Notes under the pieces: generated by a model
What the model was told of the DNA's origin: nothing
The model's input: only the letters and a program-made list of their open reading frames with translations
Database searches by the model: none
Shown: positions 18,062-27,245 of the stretch, piece after piece
Layout: every line of letters starts with the position of its first letter
Position numbering within the stretch: the stretch's first letter is position 1
Source of the DNA: a virus
DNA length: 64,000 bases
Strand: one strand, 5' to 3'
IMG/VR virus record: IMGVR_UViG_3300044971_002537
Span: 75,855-139,854 of that record
Translations under genes and position numbers: made by a program

Positions 18062-20634
18062 TGCAAAGTGGTATGTCTAACGGGGGAATGAGTTCTCCCT
18101 TAAATAGCGTACTGAGAAAGACTATTAGTCCTTCGTACGATGATAATCCTAACCCTATCGCAGGAGCGAGCTGGCCACAGTATCTGAAAAATGCTATGGT
18201 TATTACCCCTCCACGTAGTCATATAACGCCCAATACTTTTGGTGGCTATCCAATTCTGATTATGCCTAAGCAGGGTGGACAGGTATTTATGCCTTCCGCC
18301 TTGATGGTTGGATCTCCATCACAGTCAGTTTCTAACCCAGCTATTAGATTAGGGTACGCTAGTAATCAGTGTTTTGAATTGAGTCAAGCTGGATCACACA
18401 TAGCCTATTTCGGGAATGGAACAGCGGCTGGTACAAAATTGGGATATGCGTGTAAATATCATATTAGGTCAGATGGATTCTATGGATTTTCATCTACTTC
18501 TAGTGGTACTACCTTAGCAGATGCTGACACCGCCTTGTTTCGCGTTGGGTCTGGCACCGTTGGCATTTATAATCCGACAACTCCAGCAACCGCCCAAACA
18601 TTTGAGTTATATAACACTTGGACTTCTACTACAAGCTTTGAAAATCTTAGATTTAGGTCTGTGGCTGGAGCGGCCTATCAAATAGGTAGTGCTATTGGGA
18701 GTGCTGGGGGTACGACACGACCAATAGAAATTGGGCACACAAATTCAGCCGGAGCATTCACTTCAAGAATTCATATCACTGCTGCTGGCAACGTCGGAAT
18801 AAGTCACGGGACTGCTGGGTATCTGAGAGATATTTTTCAGGTAAACACAACAAGCACGTCTACGTCGTTTGGTTCAGGAAGTATTGCTCCTCAAGGTATC
18901 ACGATCACAAATTCGACCAACACGGTGAACCGACCTATCGGATTGCAGTTCTCGGGGTACGAAGGCTGGGGATTCGGCGGCATTTATGGAACTATGACGA
19001 GCGGTGGTGGCAACACTTATGGCCGAATATCAATCGTACTACGATCGGCATCAGGAGGATCTTATTCCGAAGTTTGTCGCTGGGATGAAAACGCCTGTAT
19101 GTTGGTTACACCGTGGTTGAGTACGTCAGGTTCGCCATCGGCGTTTGTACTTACAGATGCTGCCCACACTACGATGACTGCTTCAACTGAGGCAACATCT
19201 GTCAACTTTAATCTATCGTCTACAAAGCAGTTCGCGACAGGAGCACTAACGACTCAGCGAGCAATGCGGATTCAGGCACCTACCTATTCGTTCGTAGGTG
19301 CGAGTACGATCACGACAGCATCTACGCTTTCTATTAGTGGGCCTCCGATTGCTGGAACAAATGCGAGTATCACGAATAAGTGGGCACTGAATGTTGAAAG
19401 TGGTCACATACGAGCAAACAATGGAATTAGCATCGGTACTAATTATACGAATTCCGCAATAAATCTTGCTTCCTTTCAATGGATTAGCTGGAATAACGTG
19501 CAGTTGATTACTGCAGGAAATACGTACGATGGAGTTGCTTCGGTATCTTTTGGTAATTGTGGGATTGATTCAATATCTCAAATTAGGCCAGTATCGAACT
19601 CGCTTACAATAAGAGCTGGAACCAACGCCCAAACTTTTAGTGTCAATGGAACGTGGACATCATCCTCCGCTTATGAACTCATTAACATAAAAGGAAAAGC
19701 TTCTGCTAACTTCGAAATCGGCCCAGAAAGTGGGAGTGCTGGAGGCACTCTGAGGGGCCTAACGATTGGGGGATACCCAGCCGGTGCGTCTACAATTGTT
19801 GGATGGGCACAATTCCGACCTAATACTTCGACGGGGGTACTAGAGGCGTTCTATCTTGGACCTATCGCTGACAGTACGGTGACTGGCGGAAATGCGAGAG
19901 GGACTAACTCGGTTGATTTGCAAACAGTCAGGACTTCAGCTTCGCAAGTGTGTGTGGCACAAAGGTCCGTGATTGGTGGTGGAGAGAGAAATACTATTGA
20001 AGTGTTTTCTTCCGTAAGCGTTATCGGAGGAGGGTATCAAAACTCAATCACAGGTTTTGGTTATTATTCCGTGATAGCTGGAGGATACCTAAACACGCTC
20101 AGTGGATCTCCGTACTCAGTGATAGGTGGAGGGCGAGAAAATACAGTCACAACTGAGATTGGTATCATTCCCGGAGGAGTCGGAGCGTCTACTACTCGTT
20201 ACTGCCAAGAGTCAACTGCGAGCGGAATGTTTGCTGCGGCTGGTGACGCTCAAACTGTGCGATTGCGTGCAAGGATAAAAACAACAGACGCCACGCCATC
20301 AACACTAATGCTGGATGGGTCTGCAAAAAGATTCACGATCCCAAGCGGAAAGATCATGTTCTGCGATATTCTTGTCAGTGGTATAAAATCAGACGGCTCA
20401 GCCGCAGCCTGCTATAAGCGGAAAGTAGCTATCAAAAATGTGGGCGGAACAACATCTTTGGTTGGTACTGTTGAAGCCATAGGCACAGACATTGAAGATG
20501 ACGTATTGACGGACGTAGTCATTACTGCGGACAATACCAATGACGCTCTAGATATTAGTGTCACTGGTATCGCTGGTGAGACGTGGAGGTGGGTTGCTGT
20601 GGTAGAAGGATTGGAAATAGCGTATGGCACCTAA
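18061..20634 (+). CDS. Fibre-like virion protein 2 with YadA-head-like SVIGGG repeats
   Basis: Shares modules with fibres 1 and 3; GNARG..SVDLQT.R followed by 15-aa SVI(G/A)GG..N repeats. Confidence 0.72.
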   Translation: MQSGMSNGGMSSPLNSVLRKTISPSYDDNPNPIAGASWPQYLKNAMVITPPRSHITPNTFGGYPILIMPKQGGQVFMPSALMVGSPSQSVSNPAIRLGYASNQCFELSQAGSHIAYFGNGTAAGTKLGYACKYHIRSDGFYGFSSTSSGTTLADADTALFRVGSGTVGIYNPTTPATAQTFELYNTWTSTTSFENLRFRSVAGAAYQIGSAIGSAGGTTRPIEIGHTNSAGAFTSRIHITAAGNVGISHGTAGYLRDIFQVNTTSTSTSFGSGSIAPQGITITNSTNTVNRPIGLQFSGYEGWGFGGIYGTMTSGGGNTYGRISIVLRSASGGSYSEVCRWDENACMLVTPWLSTSGSPSAFVLTDAAHTTMTASTEATSVNFNLSSTKQFATGALTTQRAMRIQAPTYSFVGASTITTASTLSISGPPIAGTNASITNKWALNVESGHIRANNGISIGTNYTNSAINLASFQWISWNNVQLITAGNTYDGVASVSFGNCGIDSISQIRPVSNSLTIRAGTNAQTFSVNGTWTSSSAYELINIKGKASANFEIGPESGSAGGTLRGLTIGGYPAGASTIVGWAQFRPNTSTGVLEAFYLGPIADSTVTGGNARGTNSVDLQTVRTSASQVCVAQRSVIGGGERNTIEVFSSVSVIGGGYQNSITGFGYYSVIAGGYLNTLSGSPYSVIGGGRENTVTTEIGIIPGGVGASTTRYCQESTASGMFAAAGDAQTVRLRARIKTTDATPSTLMLDGSAKRFTIPSGKIMFCDILVSGIKSDGSAAACYKRKVAIKNVGGTTSLVGTVEAIGTDIEDDVLTDVVITADNTNDALDISVTGIAGETWRWVAVVEGLEIAYGT

Positions 20635-22695
20635 TAGAACAAGCGGAGCACGATAATGGCGACAGTCCCTAATTATTCACAACCAGCAATCTTCTCTGAG
20701 GTAGCTACACCTACAGTCCCAGATTCTGGCTATCTAAAAGTCTATGCTAATAGCGGAGTTTTAGCCTCTATAGCAAATGGTGGCTCTGAAAAGAGGTACG
20801 TAGCAATTTCTGACAGTGGGCTTCCTATTGGGGCTTACACATTACCCACCACAGACGGGACTTCTTCGCAGGTCTTACAGACCAATGGGAGCGGCACGGT
20901 AACTTGGCAGACTGTCAGCGGTGGAGGCGGCATCACTTCTATCAACGGCGATACGACTGCTGCTCAACTACTCACAGTAGGTACTGCCGGTACTGACTTC
21001 GCTATTGATTCGACAACAACTCCCGGTACATCAGTCTTCAACCTCCCAGATGCGTCAGCTACTGCAAGAGGTCTAGTTACTACTGGTACTCAGACATTTG
21101 CTGGTACTAAGACCCTTGCTGGCGATCTGCTGTTTACCGATGCCACTTATGACATTGGCAAGAGCGGAGCGACTAGACCACGCGATGGATTCTTTAGTCG
21201 GAATCTGACTGTAGCGACAAGCATCTCAATCGGAGCCGCAACCGGAGGGGTATTAAACATACCCGCGTGGCAATGGGTGTCGATTGGGGGTTCGTTAGTT
21301 CGGGGAGGTGACACTGCTGATGGGGTTGGAATTTTATACATTCCGGGAGTTTCACTGAATGGTGCTATTGTTCCTTCTTCTAATATACTGAATGTGCGGA
21401 GCAGCACAAACGCCCAGACACTCAACCTATACAACACTTACACTTCAGCAACGAGTCTTGAGACGTTCAGAATCAAAGCCAACGCCGGAGCAGCCTATCA
21501 AATCGGTTCTGCTATTGGGAGTGCAGGTGGAAGTAATAGAGCGATAGAAATTGGGCACTACAGTTCTGCTGGGACGTTCACTAGTGCGCTGAGTATCGCG
21601 ACGAGTGGGACTTTATCCGCTTCTGCTCCGCTATCTTTTGCAGCGGCTGGCTACATCGACTTGAGTAGTACAACCTATTCGAGAAGTAATGTCGCCATTC
21701 GAATGAATTATGGAAGCGGGACTCCCGGAGGTATTTATGGCTCAAACGGTAACGTCGGATTTTCAGCAGCCTCATCGTTTTTCTTTGATGCTGTCCAAAC
21801 TCGCTGCTGCGTGCCAAATTCAAGTGGATACGCGATTGGGGGCACCACATCACCGTCTCATCATGTGATGTTAGCGTCTCCATCATCTGGCGTGATGGAA
21901 ATTAACTCTGGAACTCCCGGAGCATACAGAGACTTGTTAGTCAGAAACCTGACTTCAAATTCAGAAACAATAACCCAAGTTGTAGCAACTACAGGTTCCC
22001 CAACAGCCTTCACCGTCACTGGTGCAGCCCATACTACGTTGACTCTGTCCACCGAAGCCACAGACGTAAACTTCAACTTGGCCAGAACTGTCCAATTTGC
22101 CACAGGAGCTATTACTACTCAACGGGCGATGCGAATCCAAGCTCCTACGTATAGCTTCGTAGGTGCAAGCACGATCACGACAGCGAGTACGCTGTCTATC
22201 AGTGGACCTCCAGTCGCAGGCACTAATGCGACTATCACGAATGCTTATGCGTTGAATGTTGAGAGCGGGAATAGTTATTTCGCTGGGAACGTCCGAGCGG
22301 TTGGCTCGTCTGTGTATGCTCCATCCTACGGATTTGGCTCAGACAACTCAGGGTTCTTTAGATCAACTTCATCTAGGGTTTTTCTTGGCTTAAATGGGAA
22401 TGTGCAATACGATTTCAACTCAGGTAACCTGTGCATAAACAGCGGTTCGTATGGAGTGGCTGGAGGATCTGTTGACTCTAACAGTGCCGACGTTTTGTGG
22501 GTGCGAGACGCTGCCGGTATGTGGGCGACACGAAACGGCACTAACGTCCAATCACTAGGCATCTACGGCACATGGACATCAACTTCATCCTACGAACGTG
22601 TAAACGTCCGGGGCAAAGCCTCAGCCAACTTCGAAATCGGCCCAGAGAACGGGAGTGCCGGAGGCACTCTTAGAGGACTAACGATCGGCGGCTAC
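19252..22695 (+). repeat. Dispersed coding repeats C (19252-19347, 22117-22212) and D (19693-19776, 22612-22695)
   Basis: TQRAMRIQAPTYSFVGASTITTASTLSISGPP and GKASANFEIGPE(S/N)GSAGGTLRGLTIGGY shared by fibres 2 and 3. Confidence 0.9.
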
Positions 22696-23460
22696 TCTGC
22701 TGGCACTACCACTATTACCCCTTGGCTCACCTTCACAAGTTCCGGAACTCCCACATTCAACCTAGGCACCCTAGTCATCCCATCCGGTGGTACAGGTCTA
22801 CTGTGCCAACAGACTAACATCTATTTAGACAGTTACGGTACTCACTCCGGTATTAGATATAGAAGATCTGAAGGCACGCAAGGTTCCCCTACTGGAGTTG
22901 CCCTTAATAGCTTGCTGGGATTCGTAGCAACTTATGGCTATCATACTGGATCTGCTTATCACTCAACACAGGGGGCTTCTATCTCCTTCTATGCGACTGA
23001 GGCATTCACCTCGGGGGCACAAGGCTCTAAGATTGTCTTTGGAACTACCCCAAATGGTACGACCACTAATACAGTCGCCCTGACCATTGACCAGAATCAA
23101 GTGGCCACCTTCTCTAAGCTGGTCGCCCAAAGTGCGGCTGAAATAACCAGTACGCCTTCCGGCACGACTCAAACCATAACCCTGAACAACGGAAACCATC
23201 AAACTCTTACGTTGACAAGTGCTACAGGGGCGGTCACAGCCACCCTAACGGTGCCAAGCAATGTTTCGAGCGGTACGATTATTGTGAAGCAACATGCTTC
23301 TACTGTTCGCGATATCACTTGGGCAGTTTCCGCTGGAACCATAAAGTGGATGGGGACTGAACCAGACTGGGCGGCTGACGCAGCTAGCGACATAAGAATT
23401 GTCTCTTGGAGATATGATGGATCAGTTATGTATCTTATGAGTACAGATAAGGCAGCATAA
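20656..23460 (+). CDS. Fibre-like virion protein 3
   Basis: YTLPTTDG...QVLQTNGSG..TW, ITSING and ASATARGLVTTGTQTFAG.KT fibre motifs; C-terminal I.W.GT.P.W domain. Confidence 0.75.
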   Translation: MATVPNYSQPAIFSEVATPTVPDSGYLKVYANSGVLASIANGGSEKRYVAISDSGLPIGAYTLPTTDGTSSQVLQTNGSGTVTWQTVSGGGGITSINGDTTAAQLLTVGTAGTDFAIDSTTTPGTSVFNLPDASATARGLVTTGTQTFAGTKTLAGDLLFTDATYDIGKSGATRPRDGFFSRNLTVATSISIGAATGGVLNIPAWQWVSIGGSLVRGGDTADGVGILYIPGVSLNGAIVPSSNILNVRSSTNAQTLNLYNTYTSATSLETFRIKANAGAAYQIGSAIGSAGGSNRAIEIGHYSSAGTFTSALSIATSGTLSASAPLSFAAAGYIDLSSTTYSRSNVAIRMNYGSGTPGGIYGSNGNVGFSAASSFFFDAVQTRCCVPNSSGYAIGGTTSPSHHVMLASPSSGVMEINSGTPGAYRDLLVRNLTSNSETITQVVATTGSPTAFTVTGAAHTTLTLSTEATDVNFNLARTVQFATGAITTQRAMRIQAPTYSFVGASTITTASTLSISGPPVAGTNATITNAYALNVESGNSYFAGNVRAVGSSVYAPSYGFGSDNSGFFRSTSSRVFLGLNGNVQYDFNSGNLCINSGSYGVAGGSVDSNSADVLWVRDAAGMWATRNGTNVQSLGIYGTWTSTSSYERVNVRGKASANFEIGPENGSAGGTLRGLTIGGYSAGTTTITPWLTFTSSGTPTFNLGTLVIPSGGTGLLCQQTNIYLDSYGTHSGIRYRRSEGTQGSPTGVALNSLLGFVATYGYHTGSAYHSTQGASISFYATEAFTSGAQGSKIVFGTTPNGTTTNTVALTIDQNQVATFSKLVAQSAAEITSTPSGTTQTITLNNGNHQTLTLTSATGAVTATLTVPSNVSSGTIIVKQHASTVRDITWAVSAGTIKWMGTEPDWAADAASDIRIVSWRYDGSVMYLMSTDKAA

Positions 23461-23810
23461 TGGTCAGTAAAGAAGATATTTTCAAATTTTCGCCGTGTGT
23501 CGCTGCTACTCAGCAGTTAGTAGACACATGTTTTGCTGGGAGGGAATTCCTTACCGTACCAGATATATTGGCGTTAGCCCTAGAAGATGAGTACAAATTG
23601 TGGCTATTACTACGTCCAGAACTTCTTTCTGAAGACAAATTGGCAAAGATTCGGGCAGATTTTATCGGCCTAATGAATCAACAGTGGTTAATAGATTTAT
23701 CATTTTCTTGCCCAGTTTATGATATAATTGGTAAAGTGGCTAGATGTTTCGATAGGCCATACCCAGAGACATATGCAGAATTGATTAGGATAGTGGAGAG
23801 TTATGCCTAG
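23460..23810 (+). CDS. Hypothetical protein
   Basis: TAATG coupling to fibre 3; helical, no recognised motif. Confidence 0.6.
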   Translation: MVSKEDIFKFSPCVAATQQLVDTCFAGREFLTVPDILALALEDEYKLWLLLRPELLSEDKLAKIRADFIGLMNQQWLIDLSFSCPVYDIIGKVARCFDRPYPETYAELIRIVESYA

Positions 23811-24312
23811 TACATCTTTCACTTCCCCAACTACTGCAACCAATGATGCGGGCATTGGAACGACGGCTTGGACTATAACATCAGTAACAAACTGTATTTG
23901 CCCAGTCGATAAGACTACGTCAAACTACTTAGAGATGACCGGATATGGATTCGATATACCTACAGGGGCAACCATATCAGGAATAGAGGCCACAATTACT
24001 TGCTCAAGTAGCGGGAGCGATACTCTTTACGTTCAAATCATGAAATCAAATAATGTCGTGGGAACCTCAAAATCAGTTTTTCCTTTAGCGACAACCGCAT
24101 TTGGCGATAGCTCAGATTCATGGGGGACCGGATGGACCGAAGCCGACGTTGAAGCATCTGGGTTTGGTGTGGCTATTTGGGTAGTAGGAGGATCTAATGG
24201 GAATACAGTAAATGTGACTGGGGCAACTATCAGAATAACGTACACAACTGGGGGCGGTGCCGCCCCCGGAAGTTCAACAAGTGGTCATTTTCTTTTTACT
24301 TGGGTCATTTAG
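23803..24312 (+). CDS. Putative carbohydrate-binding/jelly-roll virion protein
   Basis: TGYGFDIPTGATISGIE...FG.SSD.WG..WT..DV..SGFGV...I.ITYT, a recurrent phage structural domain pattern. Confidence 0.55.
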   Translation: MPSTSFTSPTTATNDAGIGTTAWTITSVTNCICPVDKTTSNYLEMTGYGFDIPTGATISGIEATITCSSSGSDTLYVQIMKSNNVVGTSKSVFPLATTAFGDSSDSWGTGWTEADVEASGFGVAIWVVGGSNGNTVNVTGATIRITYTTGGGAAPGSSTSGHFLFTWVI

Positions 24313-24321
24313 GAGTTAATC

Positions 24322-24741
24322 ATGCCATTCGAAGTACCAACATCAACATTCAACGCCGTAGAGCATGCCACCAACAAGGTGCTACGCTCCAATCAGCTCG
24401 AAGAAAGTATTCTTCAGCAGTTTAAGTCTTCTTATGAAGATTTCTGGGGAGTTTCTGGGTCAGACGCTACAAATGAAGTAGATGGCGTACAAGTCACTAC
24501 TTTCACTGGTGGCGGAAGTCGCTATACGGTTGAAGAAATGCAGTCTATTGTCACTACTTTAGGGGCTACGGCGATAGCAATCATGACAGCCGCTGGTGGT
24601 CTGGTCCAATTTATTGACGCAGCTTATCCCGGAGTTCTAGAAGATCGTTATAAGTCTGCGGCATTCGAATATACAGTTGGGGCCGGTATTACCTTGACAA
24701 AATTGGCAGATGTGTGGGCTGTGCCAGTAGACGCCCCATAA
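24322..24741 (+). CDS. Hypothetical protein
   Basis: Strong AGGAG RBS; open frame of 139 aa. Confidence 0.65.
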   Translation: MPFEVPTSTFNAVEHATNKVLRSNQLEESILQQFKSSYEDFWGVSGSDATNEVDGVQVTTFTGGGSRYTVEEMQSIVTTLGATAIAIMTAAGGLVQFIDAAYPGVLEDRYKSAAFEYTVGAGITLTKLADVWAVPVDAP

Positions 24742-24788
24742 TCCCTCAACAATTTTTGCTAGCTTAGATATACTAGCAATGGTGTATG

Positions 24789-24800
24789 CGTATTTACTAT
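24789..24800 (+). promoter_or_regulatory. Putative phage promoter (CGTATWWAM motif)
   Basis: CGTATTTACTAT in an intergenic gap, followed by AAGGA and ATG 24820. Confidence 0.55.
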
Positions 24801-24819
24801 TGAATAAAAGGAAAATGTT

Positions 24820-24975
24820 ATGACAAAAGAAGAAATTCAGAACGTAGTAGTACTAATCGACGCCGGAGCGAGAGCCTTGGCTTCACAGAATCCCCTAGAT
24901 AAAGCCGGTTCTATTATGGCAACTGCCCATGAGTTGTCACTTAAATTGACCAAAATGGTGGAGGATGAAGGATAG
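24820..24975 (+). CDS. Small hypothetical protein (51 aa)
   Basis: MTKEEIQNVVVLIDAGARALASQNPLDKAGSIMATAHELSLKLTKMVEDEG; AAGGA upstream; not in the ORF track. Confidence 0.55.
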   Translation: MTKEEIQNVVVLIDAGARALASQNPLDKAGSIMATAHELSLKLTKMVEDEG

Positions 24976-25099
24976 TGGATTCGCCCATCTCATCTCTGCC
25001 GATATCTGGATCTGCAACACTTTCTCAAAATGGGGAAATGTTTACAGTTATTTTGTCCCTAAATAGGGTTATGACTTTCACTTTACAGATTGCCTACTA

Positions 25100-25402
25100 A
25101 TGTCAAGCGAAATACATGCCCTAGATTATGGGACCGAACTCCGGATAACGGTAAAAGATGATGATGTAGTTGTAGACATCTCGACAGCTACCGGCACGGA
25201 CTTCCTGATCAGAAAACCTGATGGGACGCTCCTGACGGTAGCTGCCGATTTTTATACAGATGGAACTGATGGTATACTAACGTATACTACAGTAGAAGGA
25301 GATACCGATATAGTTGGTCTCTATAAATTCCAAGCCAGAATAACTCTTGGTGGTGTTTTCTATACTAGTTGGGCGACCTTTAAAGCTCACTGTAATGTGT
25401 GA
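25100..25402 (+). CDS. BppU-N-like single beta-sandwich structural protein
   Basis: D.GT.L.ITV.D...VDIS.A...IRKPDG...DG...YTT..GD.D..G.Y.FQA.IT pattern. Confidence 0.6.
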   Translation: MSSEIHALDYGTELRITVKDDDVVVDISTATGTDFLIRKPDGTLLTVAADFYTDGTDGILTYTTVEGDTDIVGLYKFQARITLGGVFYTSWATFKAHCNV

Positions 25403-25436
25403 GTGTCTGGCTAATTCGCCATCCACTCGTTTCGGA

Positions 25437-25454
25437 TGTGGGCGATCGCCCACA
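25437..25454. promoter_or_regulatory. Perfect 18-bp palindrome abutting an RBS
   Basis: TGTGGGCGATCGCCCACA directly followed by GGGGAGG and ATG 25466. Confidence 0.6.
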
Positions 25455-25465
25455 GGGGAGGCATC

Positions 25466-25936
25466 ATGTGGAATACTGAAATAGGCACGATTGTCAGATA
25501 TCTAGTTAATGATACTGATATATCTGACCCATCCTACCCGGACGAAAGAATTGAGCAGACCATACTCGTTGCCGCTCAGCTCGTTTCTACTGAAATTGAT
25601 TTTGAACAAGTCTACACAATTAATGTAGAGCGGTGTTCCATCTCTCCCGACCCAACAGAGCCATCCAGTAAAGATGATGGCTTCATAAACCTTATCTCTC
25701 TGAAAGCAGCCTGCATCATAATTGGGGCAGAATATAAGACCCACAGCCTATCGGCTGTTCGAGTCAGTGATGGCCCATCCAGTATTGATATGGGTGGTGT
25801 GGCCACCAACTTTAAGAGTCTCTATGCCGATATGTGTGAGAGATACGAACGAACCAAATTGAACTTTGCTACGACCAATAATAATGTTGGTGAAGCTATC
25901 TTGTCCCCCTATGGATCTTATTGGAGTAGACACTAA
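25466..25936 (+). CDS. Head-tail adaptor (head completion) protein
   Basis: IVRYLVND.D...Y.DERI, V.DG.SSID and ILSPY pattern; position at the start of the neck module; GGAGG RBS supports ATG 25466. Confidence 0.65.
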   Translation: MWNTEIGTIVRYLVNDTDISDPSYPDERIEQTILVAAQLVSTEIDFEQVYTINVERCSISPDPTEPSSKDDGFINLISLKAACIIIGAEYKTHSLSAVRVSDGPSSIDMGGVATNFKSLYADMCERYERTKLNFATTNNNVGEAILSPYGSYWSRH

Positions 25937-26118
25937 TGCCAGATGTAGTATCATTTGCCGGTACTGGAGTCGTTTATAAGAATGGGACTGCCACAGTTTA
26001 TGCTGATAAATTGGGCAATACCAAAAAGGTGAACCCAAGAGTTGAGCACAATGTGATTGTGGCACAATCTGGCATCCTCGATAGTCGTGTAGACGACAAA
26101 ACCTACTACTCAAGTTAG
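25936..26118 (+). CDS. Small hypothetical protein
   Basis: TAATG coupling within the neck operon. Confidence 0.5.
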   Translation: MPDVVSFAGTGVVYKNGTATVYADKLGNTKKVNPRVEHNVIVAQSGILDSRVDDKTYYSS

Positions 26119-26126
26119 GCGAATCC

Positions 26127-26585
26127 ATGCAAATTCCCGCTAACGTGTACACTAAATATGCTGAGGCTATGTCATTGTTTTCCTCTCTGGATAACTTTGG
26201 TGTGCCCTGTCAGCTAGTGTATCAGAAGACATCGCTCATAGCCTCTACTCCTACAGAGATAAGGCAGAGGCTGACTATGTCGCCTCAGGTGGGTCAAGCG
26301 GGAATGATTAGGGGCGGCGAGGCAACCAAGTTAGTTGAAACTACTGAGGATGTGACACTTCGTGTCTATTCCGACAAGAAGAGTTTTGACAAGGTGGGAG
26401 CCTTTGAGTTCATCTCGGGCTCCTGCATGACGATAGGGACTCTCTCCCAGATGGATAATCTAAGGAGAGCTTCATTCCTAATAACTCATAGCGAATCTAA
26501 TGGCGAGGCCAGACTCCAAAGGAGTGGCGAAGTTCTAGTGTGGGGGCTAAACGGGGAATACTGCGTAGCTCACTGGACTAAATAA
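26127..26585 (+). CDS. Putative head-closure/neck protein
   Basis: Size, beta-rich composition and position after the adaptor. Confidence 0.5.
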   Translation: MQIPANVYTKYAEAMSLFSSLDNFGVPCQLVYQKTSLIASTPTEIRQRLTMSPQVGQAGMIRGGEATKLVETTEDVTLRVYSDKKSFDKVGAFEFISGSCMTIGTLSQMDNLRRASFLITHSESNGEARLQRSGEVLVWGLNGEYCVAHWTK

Positions 26586-27238
26586 TGGCAAAATCCCGAA
26601 TCCAAATTATTGAGTCCACCTCCTCAATATCTGCCAAGGTGCTATTTGAGGTAGTAGAGCAAGTTGACAAGAAGATGAGGAAAGCCGCCCCTCAGATTAA
26701 TTTGAGAGTGGGCGAACTTATAGAGACAAGGATTAGGGCCACTCCTCATGTGAAATCTTTGATATCTGGCCAACTTCAGGCTGATTTCGGCTTGAATATA
26801 GGAGAAGCCGAAGAAGCTATTGAGTCACTCCTGTTCGTGGTAAAGCGATCAGTAAAAGTGAATCTTGGCATCAAGAATAGGGGCTCTTTGGGGAATTCGG
26901 CATGGTCTATGTCGGTCTCAATACTCCCAGATGGCTTCAGTGACATCCTAAAAGGCATAGGAACATACCAAAGCCCCAGAAGCGGCGAATTTATTCCTTG
27001 GATGGAGTGGCTATTAACTAAGGGGACTACGATCATCTATGATGACTTTTTCGTGGCCAAAGGGGAATTCAGGACAAGTAGGTCTGGTTTCGCCCTGATG
27101 TTCCCCTCTGGTGAAAGTGGCAAGATCTTCCGAGTTGACCCAAACTTCGCCGGAACGGCAGATGATAACTTTGTTGTTAACACCATTGCTTCTCTTTTAC
27201 CGGAAATTGGCAACATAATGTTCAGTTACCTACAGTGA
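26585..27238 (+). CDS. Putative neck/tail-completion protein
   Basis: Position; PWMEWLL..G and SRSGFALM motifs. Confidence 0.5.
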   Translation: MAKSRIQIIESTSSISAKVLFEVVEQVDKKMRKAAPQINLRVGELIETRIRATPHVKSLISGQLQADFGLNIGEAEEAIESLLFVVKRSVKVNLGIKNRGSLGNSAWSMSVSILPDGFSDILKGIGTYQSPRSGEFIPWMEWLLTKGTTIIYDDFFVAKGEFRTSRSGFALMFPSGESGKIFRVDPNFAGTADDNFVVNTIASLLPEIGNIMFSYLQ

Positions 27239-27245
27239 GGCTTGT

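Larger units (their letters stand above)
16535..21213 (+). repeat. Dispersed coding repeat A (31 codons) at 16535-16627 and 21121-21213
   Basis: GDL(K/L)FTDATYDIGKSGATRPRDGFFSRNLTV in fibres 1 and 3; differences mostly synonymous. Confidence 0.9.
16973..21531 (+). repeat. Dispersed coding repeat B at 16973-17017, 18667-18711 and 21487-21531
   Basis: GAAYQIGSAIGSAGG identical in all three fibre genes. Confidence 0.9.

Noticed and set aside
15584-23460. Diversity-generating retroelement behind the fibre repeats
   Set aside because: Copies are all in-frame coding, differ mainly at synonymous positions rather than at adenines, and no reverse transcriptase is in the window.
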